From a virus (taxonomy: Duplodnaviria; Caudoviricetes): a stretch of 42,829 nt of DNA. Positions 1 to 7,060 of the stretch are shown here, piece by piece. The notes under the pieces were generated by a model. The model searched no databases. It worked only from the letters and a program-made list of their open reading frames with translations, and was not told the DNA's origin. The stretch lies in the IMG/VR virus record IMGVR_UViG_3300032212_000699, positions 1 to 42,829 of that record; one strand, given 5' to 3'. Made by a program: the position numbers and the translations under genes. Position 1 is the stretch's first letter, and every line of letters starts with the position of its first letter.

Positions 1-83
1 TCAATCACTTGCAGAGCCATGTTGACCAGATGCAGACCAAGCGGCGGCGGACTTTTCGCCTGCGCTGGTGTTGTTGTTGGGTA
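1..83. repeat. Terminal direct repeat, copy 1 (circular-contig overlap)
   Basis: Bases 1-83 (tcaatcactt...gttgggta) are identical to 42747-42829 and include the int stop codon. Confidence 0.95.
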
Positions 84-1176
84 TGTACCTGGCGTAAGTG
101 TCTGCGGTGAAGCGCCATGATTTGTGGCCTGCTTGTTCGGCTACCCACATGGGGGATTCTCCAGCCATCAGGGCGGTTGATATGCGAGTGTGGCGGCATT
201 GGTATGGGTAGCGGTAGCGTACGCCTGCGCGTTTTAGAGCGGGTTCCCACATGGTTTTTCGGATGGGTTGGTCGCCTGTCCAGCGCTCGCTGGTTCTGGG
301 GTTCTGGAAGATTTCCTCGCCTTTGAGGTATGTGTGAGATTTCTGGGCTTTGAGTGCAGTGATTGCGTATTCGTCCAGGTCAACGAATCGTTCGCCTGCT
401 GAGGTTTTGGTGTCTTCGAATTCACTTGCCGCTTGGGTGAGGGCTTTGTTGATGCATGCTCTTTTGTTGATTAGGTCGATGTCTGGCCAGTCGAGTGCGA
501 TGAGTTCTGAGGGGCGTAGGCCTGTGCGTAGCCAGAATTTCACCATGTTTTTATTTTGACCGGTCAGGATGTTGATGATTGCTTGTTGTTCATCGTAGCT
601 GAATGGGTCGATCTTGTTTACTTTTCGGGGTGAGCCTCGTTTCTGTCGTTTGATTTTCCAGCCAGCTAGCGGGTTGATTTCGATAATCTCATCTTCCACG
701 GCATCATCCAGTGCAACGCGCATGGGTGACATGACATTGCCCATTGTTTTGGCAGATATGTCTTTAGTGGTAGCCCATTCTTTGGCGTGGATGCGCTTGA
801 AGCCTGATACGGTTAGGTGTCCGAAGGCGGGGATCAGCTGGTTTCTGATCATCTTTCGGTAGCCATCCCACGTCGATGATTTGAGGTATGGCTTTACCGA
901 TTGCAGCCAATTCTCCAGATAAATGTTTAGCAGTAGAATGTCACCTGGTTGATGGGCGAACAGCTGTGCTTTCTTGCTGCCAGGAAAGTGGGTGATGTAA
1001 TTGAATGAGCCCTCAGCAATCGCCAGTTCAATGCTTGCTTTAAATCGCTCTGCCCAGGCTAAGTTTCTGGGGGTGGGTTCTTTCTTGATGCGCTCTTTGC
1101 AGCGAACTCCTTTGTAGTAGAAGTCTATTTCGATGCTTGATTTGCTGCTTGGCCTAACGCCTTGCCTTCTACCCAT
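1..1176 (-). CDS. int: Phage tyrosine integrase with N-terminal arm-binding domain
   Basis: N-terminal IEIDFYYKGVRCKE arm-binding motif; catalytic motifs TGLRPSEL, YQCRHT, AGH...YARY; 3' end abuts attP across the circular junction. Confidence 0.95.
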   Translation of the reverse strand: MGRRQGVRPSSKSSIEIDFYYKGVRCKERIKKEPTPRNLAWAERFKASIELAIAEGSFNYITHFPGSKKAQLFAHQPGDILLLNIYLENWLQSVKPYLKSSTWDGYRKMIRNQLIPAFGHLTVSGFKRIHAKEWATTKDISAKTMGNVMSPMRVALDDAVEDEIIEINPLAGWKIKRQKRGSPRKVNKIDPFSYDEQQAIINILTGQNKNMVKFWLRTGLRPSELIALDWPDIDLINKRACINKALTQAASEFEDTKTSAGERFVDLDEYAITALKAQKSHTYLKGEEIFQNPRTSERWTGDQPIRKTMWEPALKRAGVRYRYPYQCRHTRISTALMAGESPMWVAEQAGHKSWRFTADTYARYIPNNNTSAGEKSAAAWSASGQHGSASD

Positions 1177-1376
1177 TTGTAATATTCCTCAACATTGATT
1201 TGGCGGCGTTTGTCTGGATCTAGGATCCAGATTGTACCTTCTTGCCACTTGCCTGCTTTGATTTTAGAGTTAATGGCCTCATTTGAATAGCCAGACTCCT
1301 CGCAGAATTTACTTTGTAGTAGCCATTTCAATGACATAGTGGTTGCTCGCTGCTTGTAGCCATCTCGCTTCCTCAC
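1125..1376 (-). CDS. xis: Excisionase
   Basis: Small winged-helix-like protein (KFCEESGYSNEAINSKIKAGKWQEG...INVEEYYKWVE) overlapping the int start. Confidence 0.8.
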   Translation of the reverse strand: MRKRDGYKQRATTMSLKWLLQSKFCEESGYSNEAINSKIKAGKWQEGTIWILDPDKRRQINVEEYYKWVEGKALGQAANQASK

Positions 1377-1693
1377 ACTCTTAATATTCTGGTTGGCATG
1401 CTTTTGGCTGAGTGTTCATGCCAGTCATGCCAGCCGCCTCTAACGTTCTGTTTTTCACCATTCACAATCGCGCGGTACGAGTTGGTGATGTTTGTTTTGA
1501 ACAGTAGTATTTTAGTTTCTACTGGCTGTTCGAGCTGGAATGACATTGAAGTTATCCAGCCGATAAAGTCTGTGCTTGGTCGATAGATCGGAGGCTCTCG
1601 CATTAGTCGGTCTAACATTTGTATTTCTTGCGACCGTTTTCCCCATGCGCTTAGCTGTTCCGGCGTGGCCTTGCGTAATAAAAACTCATTCAT
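1373..1693 (-). CDS. Hypothetical protein
   Basis: 106-aa ORF whose stop overlaps the xis start (GTGA). Confidence 0.65.
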   Translation of the reverse strand: MNEFLLRKATPEQLSAWGKRSQEIQMLDRLMREPPIYRPSTDFIGWITSMSFQLEQPVETKILLFKTNITNSYRAIVNGEKQNVRGGWHDWHEHSAKSMPTRILRV

Positions 1694-1728
1694 ATTGCAC
1701 CATCCTTGTGCTGTGTTTCCGGTAAGGT

Positions 1729-1747
1729 GGGTAACAACCCGTTAGGC
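1729..1747 (+). other. attI-like simple recombination site heading the cassette array
   Basis: GGGTAAC-AACCC-GTTAGGC: inverted L and R boxes with a 5-bp spacer and no attC stem; the R core GTTAGGCGC is complementary to GCGCCTAAC of attC1. Confidence 0.55.
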
Positions 1748-2059
1748 GCCTGCATCTTTGCGTGTTGGCGTACTGTACGGATCATCGCCCATGCAATAAT
1801 CGTCACACGTGCAATTAGGGTGTATGCATTCAGACTCTTTAACTGGCGTTACCTTTATTTGGTATTTTTTGCCGTTGATTGTCACCTGCTTTTTGGCCCC
1901 GCTGGGGTGGCCGTGCATCATGTGCGAAACAAGAGCGGATACCACATCCGCCTCAGCGTCGCGCTTTTCAAGTGCGATTCCGGCATCCCTGCCGTGGCGG
2001 TAAAGAAAAATTGAATCCGTTAACGGACTATGGCCAATTTTTATATTTTCGAGTTTCAT
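1742..2059 (-). CDS. Cassette 1 hypothetical protein
   Basis: 105 aa, RBS GGAG; stop TAA lies within the GTTA core at 1741. Confidence 0.75.
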   Translation of the reverse strand: MKLENIKIGHSPLTDSIFLYRHGRDAGIALEKRDAEADVVSALVSHMMHGHPSGAKKQVTINGKKYQIKVTPVKESECIHPNCTCDDYCMGDDPYSTPTRKDAGA

Positions 2060-2072
2060 TTTAATCTCCAGC

Positions 2073-2151
2073 GCCTAACAAGGCGCATTAAGTTCGCTCA
2101 CTCTGTTCGCTGCGACGCGCTACCGCGCGCGCCTTATGCGCAACGTTAGCT
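2073..2151 (+). other. attC site 1 (79 bp)
   Basis: R'' GCCTAAC, spacer AAGGC, L'' GCATTAAG ... L' CTTATGC, spacer GCAAC, R' GTTAGCT; one unpaired base in L''. Confidence 0.88.
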
Positions 2152-2436
2152 GCAAAAGCCGTTCACATCTCTTGAGTGCCATCCATAACTAAGGGCGTTA
2201 CTTATAAGTTTTCGGTCAAGCCAGTTTGAAATCTGTTCTGGTAGAGAGTTTTCCCAAGTTTCGCGTTCTTCTTTGGTGTTGAATTCATACAAAACCCAGA
2301 TCTGATCTCCCATTGTTTGTGGTATCCATGCATGGCGAGTGGCAGAAACAGGAACATGAGGTTTTAGTGTTTCTGCTGGTCTTGTGTCGCATTCATATAA
2401 GTCCACTCTTAAAGCGCTAATAGTTTCGTGTTCCAT
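2146..2436 (-). CDS. Cassette 2 hypothetical protein
   Basis: ATG at 2436 after GGAG; stop lies inside R' of attC1. Confidence 0.75.
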   Translation of the reverse strand: MEHETISALRVDLYECDTRPAETLKPHVPVSATRHAWIPQTMGDQIWVLYEFNTKEERETWENSLPEQISNWLDRKLISNALSYGWHSRDVNGFCS

Positions 2437-2458
2437 CTTTTTCTCCAATTAAAATTAC

Positions 2459-2582
2459 AGCTAACAATTGGCTCCAAGGGAGCAATGGCCGCGGCGTTTC
2501 TTGTCTTCGTTAAAGCTCAGTGTTTCAATTGTTCTCGGTTAGCTCAGTGTTGGCCATCGCCCCCTGAGCCTGTGCGTTAAAT
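2459..2582 (+). other. attC site 2 (124 bp)
   Basis: AGCTAAC AATTG GCTCCAAG ... CCTGAGC CTGTGC GTTAAAT, with an internal stem ATGGCC/GGCCAT. Confidence 0.85.
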
Positions 2583-2780
2583 ATCTTTCAGCCACTGTGC
2601 CAAAGTTGGGCCGCGTTTATCGCGTAGCCAGCACAGTAGCTCCATCAAGCGCATGGCGGCGTTATCTGGCCGCCGCTCACCGCGCTCCCATTTGCTCCAC
2701 GTCATGGGGTGAACTCCCATCGCCTGAGCCATCTCCCGCTGGGAGAGGCCCAGTTTTTCCCTGACATCAAATGGCGTCAT
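2577..2780 (-). CDS. Cassette 3 XRE/HTH_3 protein (antitoxin-like)
   Basis: REKLGLSQREMAQAMGVHPMTWSKWERGERRP is a typical HTH; stop lies in R' of attC2. Confidence 0.85.
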   Translation of the reverse strand: MTPFDVREKLGLSQREMAQAMGVHPMTWSKWERGERRPDNAAMRLMELLCWLRDKRGPTLAQWLKDI

Positions 2781-3016
2781 TAGCCGTTACCATTAGGATT
2801 AGATGGGGCGCGCTTAAAAATTGCTACGCCTGATGGAACACCAAATTCTTCACGAACTTCCCTGTTGAGGTTTTTACCGGCATTCCGGCCATGAGCGCGA
2901 GGATTAGACGCGATGGAGGCGCGAAGGCCAATTTTTGACTTCAGGTTGGAAAGTTGCTCGGCACTCAAATTAGTTTCAGCCCATTCTTTGCATTCATTTG
3001 TAAGCTGGATGTTCAT
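2780..3016 (-). CDS. Cassette 3 hypothetical protein coupled to the HTH gene
   Basis: 78 aa, RBS AGGAG, TAATG overlap with the HTH gene. Confidence 0.75.
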   Translation of the reverse strand: MNIQLTNECKEWAETNLSAEQLSNLKSKIGLRASIASNPRAHGRNAGKNLNREVREEFGVPSGVAIFKRAPSNPNGNG

Positions 3017-3066
3017 GTCTTTTCTCCTTGATTCCGGCTTGGCCTTATTGCCTGCCTTTGATTATT

Positions 3067-3094
3067 AGTATAACCCAATGGGTTGCCGTGTCAA
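3067..3094 (-). promoter_or_regulatory. Sigma70 promoter with operator palindrome inside cassette 3
   Basis: Minus strand TTGACA-16 nt-TATACT; inverted repeat AACCCAATGGGTT (3072-3084) in the spacer. Confidence 0.7.
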
Positions 3095-3109
3095 GAATCA
3101 AAAAGAGAA

Positions 3110-3158
3110 ATTTAACAATTAATTCCAGCGGATAAACCGCTGAATACGTGCGTTATAT
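3110..3158 (+). other. attC site 3 (49 bp, minimal)
   Basis: ATTTAAC AATTA ATTCCAGCGG ATAAA CCGCTGAAT ACGTGC GTTATAT; canonical extra C in L''. Confidence 0.85.
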
Positions 3159-3169
3159 GCTATTCATGG

Positions 3170-3511
3170 TTAGTAGCATTCAGAGAAAAGGGCGTTACCT
3201 TTCTCAGTTGTTTTTTGCCATTGCTTAACAAGTTTTTTGTAGTCATCAGCCAACTTTCCGAGCTTTGCGCCTATCTTCACTTTTTTGTCTATATCTTTGC
3301 AGGCGTTGAATTCTGGTATCAGCTCATTTTGAGCGTTTAAATTGTCTTCAATTGCCTTGCTTATTGCTTCTGACTCAGCGTCGTTTTTGTTGTTTCTAGA
3401 TTCAAAATAGATTTGCGCTGCTTGATCTCTAATGCGCCCAGAATGGTCACACCTATTAATCAAAGTTATCAGCTCTGACTTTGTCAGTTTTTCAAAAGGG
3501 ATGTTTTTCAT
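3170..3511 (-). CDS. Cassette 4 hypothetical coiled-coil protein
   Basis: Likely ATG at 3511 (MKNIPF) after GAGG. Confidence 0.72.
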   Translation of the reverse strand: MKNIPFEKLTKSELITLINRCDHSGRIRDQAAQIYFESRNNKNDAESEAISKAIEDNLNAQNELIPEFNACKDIDKKVKIGAKLGKLADDYKKLVKQWQKTTEKGNALFSECY

Positions 3512-3523
3512 ATCCAGCCTCGC

Positions 3524-3649
3524 ATATAACAATGCAAATTCACAAACGACCGTGGCCCGCGTTGCTTGTTTGAATTGTCAATTAAATTAATGTTCATCGT
3601 TGTTGTCTATTTCGGTGTTGCCCACGGCGTGTGATTTGCGCCGTTATAT
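3524..3649 (+). other. attC site 4 (126 bp)
   Basis: ATATAAC AATGC AAATTCAC...CCGTGG / CCACGG...GTGATTT GCGCC GTTATAT. Confidence 0.85.
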
Positions 3650-3835
3650 TTCGCTTTTACTGTTATCTGGCAATAGGTTAAAGGCTGCCTCTTTCATTTG
3701 GTCAACCAGATACTCAAGGTCTGATAAGCTTCTATGGTCAAACCTTAAATACCCACCTTGCCCGTCATTAATTTCACACCAACAAGGGTGTGGTGCGCCT
3801 ACGCTGCCTGTAAAATTTCCAACTTTCTTTTCCAT
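3644..3835 (-). CDS. Cassette 5 hypothetical protein
   Basis: ATG at 3835 after GGAGG; stop lies in R' of attC4. Confidence 0.72.
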   Translation of the reverse strand: MEKKVGNFTGSVGAPHPCWCEINDGQGGYLRFDHRSLSDLEYLVDQMKEAAFNLLPDNSKSEI

Positions 3836-3848
3836 TCTCGCCTCCAAA

Positions 3849-3934
3849 ATATAACTAATCATTCAACCAGACGGTCATGTCTCCGTCTGCTTCCTGCAAG
3901 GGCATCATGCCGCTTGGTTAATTCCACGTTATGC
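3849..3934 (+). other. attC site 5 (86 bp)
   Basis: ATATAAC TAATC ATTCAACC ... GGTTAAT TCCAC GTTATGC; extra C in L''. Confidence 0.88.
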
Positions 3935-4174
3935 CTTTTCCCCGTGGATATCCGGGAAATGCTTTTCTATTTCTCTTGCAGTGTCGAAATCGGGGCAGAT
4001 AATAATTTCTCTGCCATCCTTTAGCGCGATATTCCCCGGTCTATTTCCGTGACCGCAGCAGCTCGCAACAGTTTCAATGCCGCAATCGTTTAGCGATTTC
4101 ACCAGCGGCTTTATGCATTCATCAATTCCGTTATTTATTTTATTGCAATCGTTATTTCCGCATAAGTTACTCAC
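3929..4174 (-). CDS. Cassette 6 small Cys-rich protein with Tyw3-like motif
   Basis: GIDECIKPLVKSLNDCGIETVASCCGH; stop lies in R' of attC5. Confidence 0.72.
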   Translation of the reverse strand: MSNLCGNNDCNKINNGIDECIKPLVKSLNDCGIETVASCCGHGNRPGNIALKDGREIIICPDFDTAREIEKHFPDIHGEKA

Positions 4175-4175
4175 C

Positions 4176-4361
4176 CTAATGCACCTCCCTGTGTGTAATT
4201 ATTCTTGCGCCGTCTGTATGCTCAATTTCAGGGTCACACCAACAATTAGCGCCATTTTCCAGATCATGCTCTGGGTAGCAGTCGGGCATAACTACACGCT
4301 CGTTCTGATCCGCTTTGTCAGCGTTTGTGGTTGGTGTTCCATGTTCGTTGCTATCACTCAT
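4176..4361 (-). CDS. Cassette 6 hypothetical protein starting inside attC6
   Basis: 61 aa with H...CWCDP...H motif; RBS GAGGA and ATG lie within attC6. Confidence 0.7.
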   Translation of the reverse strand: MSDSNEHGTPTTNADKADQNERVVMPDCYPEHDLENGANCWCDPEIEHTDGARIITHREVH

Positions 4362-4413
4362 AATCTCAATCCTCAGTTGTTCAGGTCGCGGCCAGCACAG
4401 CTACACGTTATAC
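4286..4413 (+). other. attC site 6 (128 bp)
   Basis: GCATAAC TACAC GCTCGTTCTG ... CAGCACAGC TACAC GTTATAC. Confidence 0.8.
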
Positions 4414-4416
4414 CGC

Positions 4417-4689
4417 TTAATCAAATTCTATATATTCATCTCCAGAATATGTATGTAGGTAAAATGTTGGCAGCGGTCCATTTCTAAACATCAACATTTG
4501 TTCGTCTGGAATATTACTCAATATTTCCCGTAGCTCTCCGACTGTTGTTGGTTGGCCAATTTCATACCTAAAACTTTTAGGTGGCGACCCGATAGCTTCT
4601 GCTCCAGTCGGTATAACTAAACGCTCTACGCCGACACTTCGCGTCGGTGTTTCATCGTTCTTTCTGGCTTCACTATTTCCGGTGGTCAT
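4417..4689 (-). CDS. Cassette 7 hypothetical protein starting in the half attC
   Basis: ATG at 4689 (MTTGNS) after GAGGA; ERLVI is encoded across L''/R''. Confidence 0.7.
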   Translation of the reverse strand: MTTGNSEARKNDETPTRSVGVERLVIPTGAEAIGSPPKSFRYEIGQPTTVGELREILSNIPDEQMLMFRNGPLPTFYLHTYSGDEYIEFD

Positions 4690-4700
4690 AGTTAAATTAT
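4611..4700 (+). other. Half attC site 7 (R''/L'' only; right end approximate)
   Basis: GTATAAC TAAAC GCTCTACG is present and complementary to GTTATACCG at 4407; no matching L'/R' before the ssb stop at 4724. Confidence 0.6.
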
Positions 4701-4723
4701 CCTCGCTCTTTCGGGTACCCTGG

Positions 4724-5185
4724 CTAAAACGGGATATCATCATCGAACTCATCAAACCCTTGTGCAGGTGCTGGGCTTTGATTGCTCGGTGCTGCGCTGC
4801 TTTGGTTTTGATGCTGGTTTTGTCCGCTGCTGTTACCTGGTGCGCCTTTGCTATCGAGCATTTGCATTTCGCCGGCGATGATTTCGGTGGTGTAGCGGTC
4901 TTGGCCGCTGGTTTTGTCTTGCCATTTACGGGTGCGGAGGCTGCCTTCTATGTAGACTTTTGAGCCTTTTTTTAGGTACTCGCCTGCGATTTCGCCTAAG
5001 CGATTAAAGAAGATGACGTTGTGCCATTCGGTGCGTTCTTGTTTTTCGCCGGTCTGTTTGTCTTTCCATGATTCGCTGGTGGCGATGGTGACGTTGGTGA
5101 CGGCTGCGCCGCTGGGCATGTAGCGCACGTCTGGGGTTTTGCCCAGGTTGCCAACGAGTATGACTTTGTTAATGCCTCTGGCCAT
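4724..5185 (-). CDS. ssb: Single-stranded DNA-binding protein
   Basis: [15 protein letters not shown]...TEWH...[17 protein letters not shown] and C-terminal DDDIPF. Confidence 0.97.
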   Translation of the reverse strand: MARGINKVILVGNLGKTPDVRYMPSGAAVTNVTIATSESWKDKQTGEKQERTEWHNVIFFNRLGEIAGEYLKKGSKVYIEGSLRTRKWQDKTSGQDRYTTEIIAGEMQMLDSKGAPGNSSGQNQHQNQSSAAPSNQSPAPAQGFDEFDDDIPF

Positions 5186-5616
5186 TAGGTGGTTGCTCCT
5201 GACTGGTTTAGCATGGCGGGTGCTGGCCATGCAGCAAGTATGGCGTTGTCTTCTAGTTCTGAGATGCAGGCGGGGCATAGGCGCTTGCCGTCGTCGTCGG
5301 TGGTGAGTTCTTCTTTTCGTGTTTCTTTGTTGCAGCGCTGGCAGTCTAGCCGGTTGTCGGTGGTGAGCGGTGGTTTTGGGTTGGTTTGGCGTATGATCTC
5401 CAGCCCTTGTTCGGTGATGATGTATGGTACGGCGTGCGTTGATGTCGGGCTCATTCTCTTCGCCGCGGCGGTTAGGATGAAATCACCATTCTCAAGGTAT
5501 TGGGCTGCCGGGCGGTGTTTGTTGTTCATGACGCCCGCTGCTTTCATGGCGATGTACATCGCTGTTGTGGTGACGCCTAGCTCGATTGCGGCCTGGCCTT
5601 TTGTGTAGGTTTTCAT
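5185..5616 (-). CDS. KilAC/antirepressor-C-like protein with C-terminal Zn-finger motif
   Basis: QAAIELGV...[11 protein letters not shown]...ITEQGLE pattern plus CQRC/CPAC. Confidence 0.6.
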   Translation of the reverse strand: MKTYTKGQAAIELGVTTTAMYIAMKAAGVMNNKHRPAAQYLENGDFILTAAAKRMSPTSTHAVPYIITEQGLEIIRQTNPKPPLTTDNRLDCQRCNKETRKEELTTDDDGKRLCPACISELEDNAILAAWPAPAMLNQSGATT

Positions 5617-5617
5617 G

Positions 5618-6025
5618 TTATGCCCACCTGGTGTGGTTGGTTAGTAGTCTTAGGTATAGCGTTTTCTGTTTAGGGCCAAGGCTAGTGAGGTCGGTTAGTT
5701 TGATCGACTGTCGGCGCTGCTTGCATAGCGCTTCTGCGTTTTTCGCGTTGTGAAAACTGACGAGTAGGCATAGAAAGGTGGCATCTTTTCTGGTAATTCT
5801 GTTGATGATGCTTTTAATGCGTCCGATCGCTGGTGGCAGGGCGCGATGGCTTTTTACGTTGTCTAGCCTTGTTGCTATGTCTGGGTATATGCCAAATAAC
5901 CCGGTGCGACCGGTTTGCCGCTCTATGTAAATGACTGATTCTAGCCACGCTTCACAGAACGCCTCGCGCGGGGTGGTGATACCATCCCGCTCTTCGGGTT
6001 TTAGTGCGAGAAGCGCGGCGCTCAT
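5618..6025 (-). CDS. Hypothetical protein
   Basis: 135-aa ORF tightly packed in the leftward operon. Confidence 0.65.
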   Translation of the reverse strand: MSAALLALKPEERDGITTPREAFCEAWLESVIYIERQTGRTGLFGIYPDIATRLDNVKSHRALPPAIGRIKSIINRITRKDATFLCLLVSFHNAKNAEALCKQRRQSIKLTDLTSLGPKQKTLYLRLLTNHTRWA

Positions 6026-6252
6026 TACTCAGCGACCTGGCTGGGGAATTGTACTACGTTGGTGATGTTGCCGATTCTACCCATGACGCGTTTATTGGCG
6101 CTGTTGCGCAAAGGAGTGGGTGCTGCTGGCACCTGCTTAACGTAGGTAGTGATTTCGGCCGGTGGAATCACCAGAGCCTCACTGATGCTGCGCAGTAGGT
6201 TGCTGAACATCAGCTGGTTGGTGTGGCTGGGTAGTGTTATGACGAGTTCCAT
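6025..6252 (-). CDS. Hypothetical protein
   Basis: 75 aa, RBS GGAGG, TAATG overlap. Confidence 0.65.
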   Translation of the reverse strand: MELVITLPSHTNQLMFSNLLRSISEALVIPPAEITTYVKQVPAAPTPLRNSANKRVMGRIGNITNVVQFPSQVAE

Positions 6253-6263
6253 GGGTGCCTCCG

Positions 6264-7058
6264 TTATGCGCTGAAGTTGCCGATGTATGCGTTAATTTCT
6301 TCGAGTGTTTTTTCTTTTAGCGTGTCTTTAAATTCCTGCGCGACTGCTTCCTTGTGGACGTCTAGCTGGGTGATGCGCAGTATGTAGCGTGGGTTGTCGG
6401 TATCTGCGTGGATGCTTAATCGTAAGGTGTATTCACGCTCGCTGAGGTCTTCGTATGGTTTGCATTTGAATATGAATGCGGCGGGCAGGTTGTCGCCTTT
6501 TGCCCCGATTTTTTCAAGTGAGCTTTTGGATGCTGCGAGGCTACCGTGTTCGTGTTCGCCTCTTTTAATAGCCTCAACGGTAATTTTTCGAATGGAATTG
6601 ATGGCTGTTTTTGTGTCGATTTCGCCGTCGTTCTCATCGATGGCGGTGATGTAGTCGCGCCAGTCTTCTAGCCACTCCGACAATGTTTTTTGGTCGGTCT
6701 TATTGCAGTTGATAGATAACATCGCGCTGTAGGGTGCGCTCTTTGTGAGGCAGAGTATGGCGGTGTGCTCTGCGTGGCCGGGTTTGGCTTGATTGCCGAG
6801 GTCAAAAAATGCGACGGCCGTCATGTTTTCAGCACCGATGAATAACTGCTCTGCGCCGGTGTTGATGTAGTCGGCAAAGTCCATCAGTGATGATGTGGTC
6901 ATGCAGCCCTTGAAGCGGCTGCGCTGTTTTTGAAACTTCTCGAGTGATTCTAGTTTTAAGTTGCTAGCGATGGCGATAACCGGCGTATCTGCCTGTTCAA
7001 TTTGGGTGACTGTTGCGGCAAGGCTTTCAATTTTTTCTATGGCTGAACGGTCGATCAT
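6264..7058 (-). CDS. DUF2303 (YfdQ-like) phage protein
   Basis: SLEKFQKQRSRFKG...FDLGNQAKPGHAEH...QKTLSEWLEDW...LPAAFIFKCKPYEDL. Confidence 0.85.
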   Translation of the reverse strand: MIDRSAIEKIESLAATVTQIEQADTPVIAIASNLKLESLEKFQKQRSRFKGCMTTSSLMDFADYINTGAEQLFIGAENMTAVAFFDLGNQAKPGHAEHTAILCLTKSAPYSAMLSINCNKTDQKTLSEWLEDWRDYITAIDENDGEIDTKTAINSIRKITVEAIKRGEHEHGSLAASKSSLEKIGAKGDNLPAAFIFKCKPYEDLSEREYTLRLSIHADTDNPRYILRITQLDVHKEAVAQEFKDTLKEKTLEEINAYIGNFSA

Positions 7059-7060
7059 GA

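Larger units (their letters stand above)
1729..4700 (+). mobile_element. Integron-like gene cassette array (7 cassettes, no intI)
   Basis: Six full attC sites and one half site alternate with small ORFs; the two core ends of every cassette are complementary. Confidence 0.88.

Noticed and set aside
1-83. 83-bp terminal repeat as attL/attR or physical terminal repeats
   Set aside because: It lies inside the int coding end, the att core occurs only once (42703-42726), and the terminase is cos-type; an assembly or circularisation overlap is the simpler explanation.
1-1176. Integrase as an integron integrase (IntI)
   Set aside because: It has a phage arm-binding N-terminus, I see no IntI-specific insertion, and it sits with xis and a tmRNA-type attP.
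2073-4413. Intergenic elements as CRISPR repeats, REP elements or terminators
   Set aside because: They differ in sequence and length (49-128 bp), lack U tracts, and share only attC box geometry.
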